DNA from: Desulfatiglandales bacterium
GTDB lineage: Bacteria; Desulfobacterota; DSM-4660; Desulfatiglandales; B25-G16
Assembly (NCBI GenBank): GCA_035529575.1
Contig: DATKWM010000066.1
Location: 1-63,403, forward strand
Direction: 5' to 3'
DNA length: 63,403 nucleotides
Shown: one piece after another, positions 21,203 to 30,446 of the stretch
Position numbering within the stretch: position 1 is the stretch's first letter
Layout of the letters: each line of letters begins with the position of its first letter
Translations under genes and position numbers: made by a program
The notes under the pieces: model-generated
The model's database searches: none
Seen by the model: only the letters and a program-made list of their open reading frames with translations
What the model was told of the DNA's origin: nothing

Positions 21203-21415
21203 CTATTCGATCACCACTAACACATCATCAGCCCCAACTGAATCTCCTTTCTTACATTTTATCTCCTTCACCGTTCCTGACGTTAAAGCTACTATAGGCA
21301 TCTCCATCTTCATTGCCTCAAGAATAATAAGATCATCATCTTCATTAACCGTGTCACCAACATTAACCTTCACATCCATTACCTTTCCCGCCATGGGAGC
21401 TGTTACGTCACTCAC
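21203..21415 (-). CDS. Biotin carboxyl carrier (biotinyl domain) subunit
   Basis: 70 aa with the EAMKME biotinylation motif. Confidence 0.85.
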   Translation of the reverse strand: MSDVTAPMAGKVMDVKVNVGDTVNEDDDLIILEAMKMEMPIVALTSGTVKEIKCKKGDSVGADDVLVVIE

Positions 21416-21527
21416 TTTTCATACCTCCTTCTCTTTTATATAAAATAAGAATCTCAATGAAAAACCTTGGGTAACTATTAGCCTTTTTTTATTGACTGGC
21501 TTTGTATAATTTTATTTTAGAGCTTTG

Positions 21528-23312
21528 TCAAGGGTAAAGTAGAGAAATACCCAACTCAGCAAGCTGCTCATCCTTCACCTTTGAGGGCGCATCAGTCACA
21601 GCACAGGTTGCCCTTTGAGTCTTAGGAAAGGCAATTACATCCCTTAAAGATTCTGCACCAGTCATAATAGCTACCAATCTGTCAAAACCAAGTGCTATGC
21701 CTGCATGGGGAGGTGCACCATAGCTTAGCGCCTCAAGGAAAAACCCAAACTTTTCTTTTATCTCTTCCTTTCCCAATCCCAATAAACGGAAGATTTGGTT
21801 TTGCAATTCAATGGTATGTATTCTGACACTGCCTCCTCCTATCTCTGCACCGTTAAGCACCAAATCATAGCTTCGTGCCCTTGCTGCCTCTGGTCTTTTC
21901 ATAAGCAATGGTATATCTTCTTCAAGAGGAGAGGTAAATGGATGGTGAACCGCTACATATCTCTTTTCATCACTGTCGTACTCAAGCAAAGGAAATCGTG
22001 TTACCCATACAAATGAGTATGTTTCATCTTTCACCAAACCAAGTCTCTTGCTTATTTCAGTCCTTAATAACCCTAATGCTTTATTTGCTGTTTGCAGCTT
22101 ATCAGGCACAAATAAAATAAGATCTCCCTCTTTTGTACCAAGTCTCTGTTCAACTGCACTTCTTATATCTGGGGCCAAAAATTTATTCAGGGTTGATTGC
22201 CAGCCATCAGATTTAACCTTAGCCCAGAAAAATCCCCTGGCTCCAGAATCGGGCACAATGGAGTTTAATTCATCCAGCTCCTTCCGAGAAAAAGAGGCTC
22301 CTTTCTCTACATTTATTGCCTTCACAACCCCTCCTTGCTCTATCACCTCCTTAAAGACCCTGAAGTCTGATGATCTAAGAAGATCAGAGAGATCCATCAA
22401 TTCCATGCCAAATCTGATATCTGGTCTGTCTGAGCCATATAGGTTCACTGCTTTATTATATTCAATTACTGGAAAAGGTGTGGAAACAGGGTGGTCAAGA
22501 ATTTTTGAGAATACGTCTACCATCATTGCTTCAAGAACATCCATAACCCCACATTCATCGACAAATGACAATTCAAGGTCAACTTGAGTAAATTCTGGTT
22601 GTCTGTCTGCCCTGAGATCTTCATCCCGAAAACATCTCACAATTTGAAAATAGCGATCAAAGCCAGCCATCATTATGAGCTGTTTAAACAATTGCGGAGA
22701 TTGGGGTAAGGCATAAAAAGATCCTTTACTAATCCTGCTCGGAACAAGGTAGTCCCGTGCCCCTTCAGGGGTGCTTTTTGTTAAAAAAGGAGTCTCTACT
22801 TCTAAGAATCCCGCACTGCTTAAAAAGTTTCTTATACATAAGGCTATTCTGTGCCTCATAACAAGGTTATGAAAAAGAGCCGGCCTTCTAAGCTCCAAGT
22901 ATCTGTATTTCAGGCGCAAATTCTCTGATGCGTCGATTTTTCCATCAACCTGAAATGGAGGAATATTTGTTTCATTAAAAACCTTCAATTCCTTCACCTT
23001 CACCTCAATATCTCCGGTAGGCATATCAGGGTTTTCCTGACCGGCCAGGCGTGGCATAACTTTTCCTTTCACACCTATAACCCATTCGTTCCTTAAGATA
23101 CCTGCCTTCGCATGACTAGTCTTGTCAAATTCCTCATCAAAGACAATTTGAGTCAAGCCAAACCTATCCCTGAGATCAATAAATATCAATTTACCCAGAT
23201 CCCTGCGTCTGTTGACCCACCCCATAAGAACGACCTCGCGATCAATATCATCCCTTCCTAAGCTACCGCAATTGTTCGTCCTTTTCCAATCTCTAATAGT
23301 ATCTATATTCAA
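21528..23312 (-). CDS. aspS: Aspartate--tRNA ligase
   Basis: 594-aa class II aaRS with an N-terminal OB anticodon-binding domain and the motifs FRDEDLRADRQPEFTQ and GGGSVRIH. Confidence 0.95.
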   Translation of the reverse strand: MNIDTIRDWKRTNNCGSLGRDDIDREVVLMGWVNRRRDLGKLIFIDLRDRFGLTQIVFDEEFDKTSHAKAGILRNEWVIGVKGKVMPRLAGQENPDMPTGDIEVKVKELKVFNETNIPPFQVDGKIDASENLRLKYRYLELRRPALFHNLVMRHRIALCIRNFLSSAGFLEVETPFLTKSTPEGARDYLVPSRISKGSFYALPQSPQLFKQLIMMAGFDRYFQIVRCFRDEDLRADRQPEFTQVDLELSFVDECGVMDVLEAMMVDVFSKILDHPVSTPFPVIEYNKAVNLYGSDRPDIRFGMELMDLSDLLRSSDFRVFKEVIEQGGVVKAINVEKGASFSRKELDELNSIVPDSGARGFFWAKVKSDGWQSTLNKFLAPDIRSAVEQRLGTKEGDLILFVPDKLQTANKALGLLRTEISKRLGLVKDETYSFVWVTRFPLLEYDSDEKRYVAVHHPFTSPLEEDIPLLMKRPEAARARSYDLVLNGAEIGGGSVRIHTIELQNQIFRLLGLGKEEIKEKFGFFLEALSYGAPPHAGIALGFDRLVAIMTGAESLRDVIAFPKTQRATCAVTDAPSKVKDEQLAELGISLLYP

Positions 23313-23396
23313 CTTCTTTCCCCTATCTTTGTTGAGTAGTTAAATGGTTACGTGAGTTACCTGGTGAAAAATTCAAAGATTTAAAAGATCGACTAT

Positions 23397-24662
23397 TTAA
23401 CTATTCAACGAATTAACACGTATGAGCTCATCAACAATATTGTTCAAGGGAATCTCTATCTGCTCTTTAGAAATCATATCCCTTACAATTCCCTTGCCTT
23501 TAATGAGTTCATCGTCCCCTACAATCAACACCTTCCTGGCCTTTAGTCGATCTGCATGCCTCATCTGAGTCTTTAGGCCTAATGATCTGTATTCCATCTC
23601 ACATTTAAGACCGCTTTTTCTCAGCTCCTGCAACCAGATAAATGCCTTGTCTTCTGCCTCTTTGCCCAGAGGAGCCAGAAAAATATCAGGTCCCTCTTCT
23701 TTTTGGACAGCATTCTCCTCTAAAAGTTCGACTACCCTTTCTACGCCTATGGCAAATCCGATTGCTGGAGTATCTGGACCGCCAAACTCTTTCATTAGAT
23801 TGTCATATCTGCCTCCACCAGCTACAGCATTCTGGGCCCCTAACTCCTTTGTCTGCACCTCAAAGGTAGTCCTCGTATAATAATCAAGGCCCCTCATTAG
23901 ATGAGAATTTACCACAAAATTCACGCCTAACTGCTTAAGATATAACCTAACAGAATCAAAATGATTAGCGCAATCATTGCATAAAAAATCAAGCATGGAT
24001 GGAGCATCTTTTATTATCTGATTACACGTCTCCACTTTACAATCAAACACCCTTAAGGGATTTGTCTCCATCCTTATCTGGCAATCAGGACAAAGGTGTG
24101 AAAAATATCTCTTAAGGTAACCTTTAAGTTCAGTTCGGAATGGTCCCCTGCATTTCAAACAACCCAAAGAGTTGACATTGAGGATGAGATCATTGAGTCC
24201 GAGCGAAGAAAAAAAGTACATAATCATAGCTATCAGTTCACTATCCGATCTGGGGCCGGGGTCTCCAATAATCTCAACATTTATCTGATGAAATTGTCTT
24301 CTTCTCCCCTTTTGTGGCCTCTCATATCGAAACATTGGCCCTATGGTAAATAACTTCTGTACCTGATACACATTATAAAGTTTGTGCTCTATATAGGCCC
24401 TTATTACGGAGGCTGTTGCCTCCGGTCTCATCGCCAGAAAGTTACCCTTCCTGTCCTTCAATGTATACATCTCCTTAGAGACGATATCCGTGTCCTGACC
24501 TATTCCCCGAGCAAAAAGTTCTGCCTTTTCTATCACTGGTATTCTAATTTCATTAAATCCAAAAAGTTCGAATATTCGTTTTGCCTCTGATTCAATCCTA
24601 TTCCAGGTTCCTACCTGATAAGGAAGTATATCCTTAAATCCTTTTACTGCCTTGTATTGCAC
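23397..24662 (-). CDS. hisS: Histidine--tRNA ligase
   Basis: 421 aa containing VKGFKDILP, MFRYERPQKGRRRQFHQ and GGGRYD motifs. Confidence 0.95.
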   Translation of the reverse strand: MQYKAVKGFKDILPYQVGTWNRIESEAKRIFELFGFNEIRIPVIEKAELFARGIGQDTDIVSKEMYTLKDRKGNFLAMRPEATASVIRAYIEHKLYNVYQVQKLFTIGPMFRYERPQKGRRRQFHQINVEIIGDPGPRSDSELIAMIMYFFSSLGLNDLILNVNSLGCLKCRGPFRTELKGYLKRYFSHLCPDCQIRMETNPLRVFDCKVETCNQIIKDAPSMLDFLCNDCANHFDSVRLYLKQLGVNFVVNSHLMRGLDYYTRTTFEVQTKELGAQNAVAGGGRYDNLMKEFGGPDTPAIGFAIGVERVVELLEENAVQKEEGPDIFLAPLGKEAEDKAFIWLQELRKSGLKCEMEYRSLGLKTQMRHADRLKARKVLIVGDDELIKGKGIVRDMISKEQIEIPLNNIVDELIRVNSLNS

Positions 24663-24769
24663 AAGAGTCTCCCTTCTAATAATGTCCGTTGCACGTTGTT
24701 CGTTGTCATTTGAGAGATAACAAAAAAACTATTCATAGAATTCGAGCTTTGCCTTCCTCAAAAACCATT

Positions 24770-25440
24770 ATTCCCTGGCCCAGACCTGATTTATCATACT
24801 CTGATGCAAAATAAATAGTTCCTGAAATACTCAAATGGCAACAGCGTATACCAAACAAGTCGCACCAGGGCGGGCCAGCATTCCATAACTCCAACCCGCC
24901 CGCCTCGCCTGAGCGAGAGCGATGGCGGGCAGGTACTCTAATTGGGGCGAAGCCCCTCAGTCCTGATTTTCCCTTCTATCAGAGCCTTTTCTTACAGTCA
25001 ACAATTTTACATTTATCCGCCAGACCCGCCTGCCGTCCGGCGGGCAGGCTTATGGCGGATTTATCTCAAATTTTTTTGGCGTTCAGTATAAAATGATGAT
25101 TAGGTTGAGTAAAACGCTTATCGGCCCGCCCTGGAGCGACTTGGTCGAAAAAGTCTGTTGGTGCTGTAATACAAACATAGGCGAAAGCTAGAGAAATCAG
25201 TCTCCCTTAGTCAGGTCTGGGCCAGGGTTACGCAGCCTTGGCCCAGACCTGGTTTATAAGCTTATTGACTTGATTCATGGTTCAGGCTTGACCTATATCC
25301 TCCATATTATCACTCAAACCCGTCGCACCAGGGCGGGCACGAATCGGTTAACGGTTAATCCCGGCATGTTGGGAAAACCAGCAGCCTCTCGGCCCTGAGC
25401 AGCTCGAGGCCGAAGGGCGAAACCGTAGAACGTTAGACGA
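24770..25440. repeat. Dense array of GC-rich palindromic (REP-like) repeats of several families
   Basis: GTCGCACCAGGGCGGGC-type units at about 24859, 25124 and 25320. CCCTGGCCCAGACCTG-type units at about 24776 and a palindromic pair at about 25210-25255. CCCGCC...GGCGGG hairpins at about 24895 and 25018. GGCGGATAAAT units at about 25010 and 25060, also seen at 62745 and 62790. A CCTCTCGGCC...GGCCGAAGGG hairpin at about 25385. Confidence 0.8.
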
Positions 25441-25523
25441 AATCAACATCGATTCATCTAAATTAATTGATATTTATTCCATCGACTGGTCGATTTGAGG
25501 CAAAGATTCGGTAGAATCTTTAT

Positions 25524-25781
25524 CTAGACCTGCTCTGTTTTCAAGCGTGTCGCAACCTTCTTCTCTATGTCTTGTATGATAGTCCTTAAAGCAGTGCTTT
25601 CAGTGACCGGCCCCAAGTTATTCCAACCCTTTAGCAGGAAACCTTTTTTCTTCTCCCTAAATTGTTCAAGTCTGGTAACCAGCGATTCCCAGGCAAACAG
25701 CTTTTGGACTATATGCCGTTCAGCTTCAGTCAAATCTTTATCTGTATCAAAGGATTTCCCATTCCAGGTGGTGATAATCAT
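25524..25781 (-). CDS. Hypothetical protein
   Basis: 85-aa ORF with no motif I recognise. An antisense ORF of similar length overlaps it, so coding status is uncertain. Confidence 0.45.
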   Translation of the reverse strand: MIITTWNGKSFDTDKDLTEAERHIVQKLFAWESLVTRLEQFREKKKGFLLKGWNNLGPVTESTALRTIIQDIEKKVATRLKTEQV

Positions 25782-25834
25782 GCCCCTATACCTCTCTTCA
25801 TATTAGATGGCACATAGACCATAGAAATAAAAAC

Positions 25835-26428
25835 TTACCTCTTGACACCATTGACTGCTCGTTTTGTAACGCGTTGAACTAATCGTGGAATCAAGATTCC
25901 TTCTACGTTAATGTGATCAAGCTCAGGAAGCATCTCACCATTGTAAAGAAACACTAATCCATCCACTAAAGGTGGGTTCAAATGGGGCTGCATAAAGGTT
26001 GCACCAATCATATAAAACGTGGTCCGTGCACCAGCAGAGCCTTGAAAGAAATACCGCATTGCATCCCTATCAGGATCAACCATATTCACAGTGGCAATGC
26101 GTAAGGGGCGAGAAGAGATGATTATCTCATTTACTCCTACGACCTCGAAATGGATTTTTGTTGCCTTGCCTGTATATGTTTTTTGAAAATACGTCTCAGC
26201 CAGGCGTTGGCCAAGACTGTTGAGTGCATCTTTAAGCGATGTATGAGGAGATAATAGAAATGGCTGAGCATTGCTTAAAAGATACTGCTGGTCAGGTGAG
26301 AAAGTATAAAGCTCCACCTCTCCAAGGATTTGAGATGGTTCTTGAGCAACCTTTTCAGAACTATCGAAACATCCGAAAGTCAGCGCTGTTGCCACCATTA
26401 CCAGTGAAAAAAAGATCACACGTACCAT
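25835..26428 (-). CDS. Hypothetical lipoprotein
   Basis: 197 aa. N-terminal signal sequence with the lipobox LTFGC. Confidence 0.6.
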   Translation of the reverse strand: MVRVIFFSLVMVATALTFGCFDSSEKVAQEPSQILGEVELYTFSPDQQYLLSNAQPFLLSPHTSLKDALNSLGQRLAETYFQKTYTGKATKIHFEVVGVNEIIISSRPLRIATVNMVDPDRDAMRYFFQGSAGARTTFYMIGATFMQPHLNPPLVDGLVFLYNGEMLPELDHINVEGILIPRLVQRVTKRAVNGVKR

Positions 26429-26530
26429 ATTCCCATCTCCTTAAAGTATCTAAAAATAACTTTACCCCAAGGAAAAAACTAATCTTTAGGTATGGAGTGT
26501 AGCGAAATATTGGCCAAATAGAGAAATCAA

Positions 26531-27226
26531 TTACGCTTTCCCAAGTGCTTTTCTTAAAGCTGCCCGTGCAAGTAAACGCGTGGAATCCAATGTTGGCAAT
26601 GGACAATCATTTGGGTCTACAATCAAGGGAATTTCTGTACATCCAAGAACAACTGCATTGCAACCGCAATGTTTGAACGCTTGAATGACGCTGTTGAAAA
26701 AGAGTCGAGATTTTTCAGGAAAAATACCATTTACAAGTTCCTTAAATATTATTGTGTCAATTTCCTCCCGATCTTGTTCCTCCGGTATCTCAGTGACAAC
26801 ACCGAACTTCTTAAGGGAATCAGGATACACCGGACCTGTCATAAGATACTTTGTTCCTAATATTCCAAGATGTGTAAATTCCTTCTTTTTGGCTTGTTCT
26901 CCAACTGCTTCTGCAATATGCAGCCAAGGGATTGGTGATTTGGGTATTACAAGATTAAAGGCCTGATGAATCGTGTTGTCAGGACAAATTGCAAAGTCAG
27001 CTCCTGCTTGCGCAACTTTGCGAGCCGAGGAAAGCATAATTTGTGCAACCATATCCCAGTTTCCTGCACGTATATGTACCATATATTCAGAAAGCGGGTG
27101 AGTGTGCATAGTTATCTCTGGATGTCTATGTTCACCCATTTCACTTGGCGCCTCTACACAAATAGTTCTATAACAGAGAGCTGCTCCCTCAGCACTGCAC
27201 GCTACAATTCCGATATGTTTTGCCAT
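26531..27226 (-). CDS. Aspartate/glutamate/hydantoin racemase family protein
   Basis: 231 aa with an IGIVACSAEGAALCY start and a second Cys segment VVLGCTEIP, typical of the two-cysteine racemases. Confidence 0.75.
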   Translation of the reverse strand: MAKHIGIVACSAEGAALCYRTICVEAPSEMGEHRHPEITMHTHPLSEYMVHIRAGNWDMVAQIMLSSARKVAQAGADFAICPDNTIHQAFNLVIPKSPIPWLHIAEAVGEQAKKKEFTHLGILGTKYLMTGPVYPDSLKKFGVVTEIPEEQDREEIDTIIFKELVNGIFPEKSRLFFNSVIQAFKHCGCNAVVLGCTEIPLIVDPNDCPLPTLDSTRLLARAALRKALGKA

Positions 27227-27348
27227 TTCCTATGTATCCTCGTATTTCTTAAAGCCTATTCGACACCGCTCAGGTAACACAAACAAAATGATTGGTTATC
27301 TTCGGCACAACCTTACTAATGAGAGCATCAAATAGTTTGTAATATCGG

Positions 27349-27577
27349 GATGGTCATGAGGTCTTTTCTAAAGTGACTGGTGGCCAGCGACGAGCCTCTC
27401 GGCCTAGAGCTCGAGGCCGAAAGGCTCGGCCGAGTCGGAGGCCGCTGTTCTTTTCACGACTTATCAGTTGGGGAAATCCCGCCGGAAGCTGGAAGAGGGC
27501 AAAACTCCCCTGCAGATAAGTCGTAGAAAAGACCAGGCCGAAAGCCTTGGAACGACAGATAAGACTTCATGACCATC
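27349..27577. mobile_element. MITE-like GC-rich structured element with 17-bp terminal inverted repeats
   Basis: GATGGTCATGAGGTCTT (27349-27365) matches the reverse complement of AAGACTTCATGACCATC (27561-27577) at 16 of 17 positions. It has internal nested stems, for example CGACTTATC...GATAAGTCG. A degenerate paralogue lies at about 31918-32105. Confidence 0.55.
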
Positions 27578-27627
27578 ATAGATCCTTCTCGGTTATGTCC
27601 GACGCAAACAATAAGATGCTCTGCTTA

Positions 27628-28413
27628 TTAAGTGTTTATAGTAATACTGCCTTCCATAAACTGAACAGCTCTGCCAGATATGATAACTCTATTACCACAA
27701 TCTTTGCAAAATAATTCTCCACCCCGTTGTGACACCTGATGAGCATGCAAATCTTTCTTATTCAGCTTATTGGCCCAATATGGGGTTAAAGCACAGTGAG
27801 CAGATCCTGTAACAGGATCTTCATTGACACCAAATTTTGGCGCAAAAAAGCGTGATACAAAATCCACATTCTTTCCTTGAGCAGTTACAATAACCCCTCG
27901 CAAATCTAACTTTTTGAGTATTGCCATATCCGGATCCAGCTCTATAATATCATTCTCACTTGAAAACACAGCGACATAGTCTTCTGAACACAACACCTCT
28001 AATGCCTCTTTACCAATACCATCAAGTAACTCCTTGGGCGCTTCGCATAGTACAGGTGGTTGCGATGGAAAATCCATGGATAGCAATTCTTCCTCTTTAA
28101 CGACAGTAAGCCTTCCGCTCTTTGAATGAAAGCTCACATGACTACTTGATGTATCAAAATAGTTAAAAATCACAAACGCTGTGGCCAAGGTAGCATGTCC
28201 ACATAAATCAACCTCAGCAACAGGGGTAAACCAGCGAATATGGTAGCCATTTCCCTCAGGAACAAAGAAGGCTGTTTCAGAAAGATTGTTTTCCTGAGCA
28301 ATTGTCTGCAATAGGGAATCTTCTAACCATTCTTTAAGAGGGCATACAGCAGCAGGATTACCTGAAAAAATGTGGTTTGAAAATGCATCAATTTGGTAAA
28401 GAGGAATCTTCAT
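27628..28413 (-). CDS. PhzF-family isomerase
   Basis: 261 aa containing MKIPLYQIDAF...GNPAAV, E..F, a CGHATLA segment and DPVTGSAH, all PhzF-family hallmarks. Confidence 0.85.
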   Translation of the reverse strand: MKIPLYQIDAFSNHIFSGNPAAVCPLKEWLEDSLLQTIAQENNLSETAFFVPEGNGYHIRWFTPVAEVDLCGHATLATAFVIFNYFDTSSSHVSFHSKSGRLTVVKEEELLSMDFPSQPPVLCEAPKELLDGIGKEALEVLCSEDYVAVFSSENDIIELDPDMAILKKLDLRGVIVTAQGKNVDFVSRFFAPKFGVNEDPVTGSAHCALTPYWANKLNKKDLHAHQVSQRGGELFCKDCGNRVIISGRAVQFMEGSITINT

Positions 28414-28432
28414 TTCTCACATAAATATCTAC

Positions 28433-28912
28433 TTATGGAATGGAACTATAGTTAACCTCCGGCGAAAGCGGAATTGTGCTTCGCATAAAAGTTCCACTTC
28501 CCCGGGCGATTTCCCGTCCATTGGAATCAACTACCTCGGACTCAGCCACAAAGACACGTTGTGAGCGATGAACAACTCGACCAATCGATTTCATTTTTCC
28601 TTCTGAGATAGGGCGAGTGAGATATATGTTGAACGAAACAGTTAATACAAAGACATCATCCACCAATGAGCTTACAGCGAAAAAAGCAGCATCATCGAGC
28701 GCCTTAAAATAGGCTGCACCATGCACAGAACCGGCTGAATGGCAAAAATCGCTTCGTATAGGAATAATCAGCTCTGTGCGCCCATTACCCACGCGTAATG
28801 TCGGTGCATAGTATTTGTTGCACGGTGCAGAGGCATACATGCGCTCTAATTTTCGATAATGTTCTTCGTTAGACACAATTCGTATCTCTCCTTTCAGTAA
28901 TCGGTTGGCCAT
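28433..28912 (-). CDS. Hotdog-fold thioesterase (PaaI/YbgC-like)
   Basis: 159 aa. The central HGAAYFKALDDA segment resembles the PaaI-type active-site region. Confidence 0.65.
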   Translation of the reverse strand: MANRLLKGEIRIVSNEEHYRKLERMYASAPCNKYYAPTLRVGNGRTELIIPIRSDFCHSAGSVHGAAYFKALDDAAFFAVSSLVDDVFVLTVSFNIYLTRPISEGKMKSIGRVVHRSQRVFVAESEVVDSNGREIARGSGTFMRSTIPLSPEVNYSSIP

Positions 28913-28925
28913 TTAAAGGTTGGGG

Positions 28926-29684
28926 TCAGCTGTCGTTGCTTATAGACGTCGCCTGGATTTCCTTCTCATGCGATTGCCGTAACGCCTTATTAGCTAAATC
29001 ATAAAAACGAAAAAATAGTATAGTAAAGGTTGACCACAAAATAATAATCAATAATTCAGTAATCATGAATGTAAATATATTCTCTAAAGAAAGCGTTACT
29101 ATTGCAAGATGGATGAGGAGCTGAAATCCTAATAGTATTATTGAAAGAAGCAGGGCACTGGTAATGATTTGCCATGTAAAATTCCTACTCATCTTGTTGC
29201 TGTGCAATAAGGCCTCCATAGGGCTGAGCCTATCAAGCACCACGCAGAATTCTGCTAATGATAATCTTGCAAAAATAAATAGCCCGGGAATTATAAAAGC
29301 GAAGAGTCCAAGGATGACCATCAATGAGCTAATAATATTAACAAGTAATAGGTTTACCCAACAACTTAACCCGACCGATAGACATCCTTTTATATCCCAT
29401 TTCTCTCCTACAACTATCTTGGAAATAAGGTAGATCAGACCCCCAGTGTAAATGGGTTGATAGAGGAAATGTACAATAATAGGAAGATGTTTAATCTGAA
29501 AGGGAAAATTGTAATTAATCGCGTAGTAGGAAATAAAATTTTCAATAATTATCACGGGAACTGTAGCATATAAAAGGAAAGTTACTATATCTCGCGCATA
29601 TGCCCGAAAGAAGCTAAAGGTTTCGATCAAGGGTTTTATTGTGAAATTTTCCTTAAATCTATCACTGAGAGTACGATCCATCAT
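28926..29684 (-). CDS. Hypothetical polytopic membrane protein
   Basis: 252 aa with multiple hydrophobic helices and no family motif I recognise. Confidence 0.6.
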   Translation of the reverse strand: MMDRTLSDRFKENFTIKPLIETFSFFRAYARDIVTFLLYATVPVIIIENFISYYAINYNFPFQIKHLPIIVHFLYQPIYTGGLIYLISKIVVGEKWDIKGCLSVGLSCWVNLLLVNIISSLMVILGLFAFIIPGLFIFARLSLAEFCVVLDRLSPMEALLHSNKMSRNFTWQIITSALLLSIILLGFQLLIHLAIVTLSLENIFTFMITELLIIILWSTFTILFFRFYDLANKALRQSHEKEIQATSISNDS

Positions 29685-30005
29685 ATTTAACCTTCGGTTT
29701 CGACGGTTACCCTTAAGAGAATTAATTTGGTGCGCTGCAGTCAGAGTTTAGGTTGATCTTTTTTGATTTCACTTCCTAATATTTTACGTCTCTACAACGC
29801 AGTATTTCCAAAATCTATAAGAAAATGAAGCAGTTAATAACTTCACATAAAAGGTTATGCCTCAGCAAATAAGGCGTTTTGTTCATTATGTCATAAGGCA
29901 TAATACGTTACGCCTTTAACAGGGACACGCATCAAAAAAAGCTTTCAACTTTCATGAATCAAATCATGATGAGATGTAAACAGAAGGAGTTCGTCATTCA
30001 GATTG

Positions 30006-30446
30006 CTACGCCTGAAACGCCAGATATGTCTTTTTCACCTTGGCCAGCTCTTCCACAAAATGCCAGCTTCCCCTTTCTACAAATGTTGCTGTGAGAGAAG
30101 TGCCGATTTTAATATTTTCTGGATGGGCAACATCAACACCAAGAATCTGAGCGCTAATCCTTGGCCCTTCCTCCAGCTCAACAATACCGGAGCAATAGGG
30201 ATTTTCCCTGTTATACCCTGCATCTATCATTGGGATAGGGCCCACACCGATAACCGTGAATGCAACAAGTTTCCCTTTCCCATTAAGCTCTGTCCATTTT
30301 AATTCATCACTTTTACATGTAAGGCATATCGGGCGTGGAGGCAACCATAATGCACTGCACCTCACACATTTGGAGGCCATCAGTTTCTTTTCTTCTATAA
30401 ATTTGTCAAATGAGGCAATGGTAAATGGTATCTCTTTCATCTGCAC
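30006..30446 (-). CDS. Zn-ribbon/OB-fold protein (DUF35 family), partner of an SCP-x type thiolase
   Basis: 146 aa with a CxxC...CxxC ribbon (CVRC..., CLTC). Its start overlaps the stop of the upstream thiolase gene. Confidence 0.8.
   Translation of the reverse strand: MQMKEIPFTIASFDKFIEEKKLMASKCVRCSALWLPPRPICLTCKSDELKWTELNGKGKLVAFTVIGVGPIPMIDAGYNRENPYCSGIVELEEGPRISAQILGVDVAHPENIKIGTSLTATFVERGSWHFVEELAKVKKTYLAFQA

Noticed and set aside
22048-22587. 179-aa ORF on the plus strand
   Set aside because: It lies entirely antisense within aspS, which has unambiguous class II aaRS motifs. Its composition is Ser/Leu/Thr-rich and low in complexity, typical of a shadow frame.
24770-25440. Possible CRISPR array suggested by the many short GC-rich repeats
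   Set aside because: The repeats belong to several different families, occur in both orientations, are irregularly spaced and are individually palindromic. There are no uniform repeat-spacer units and no cas genes in the window.
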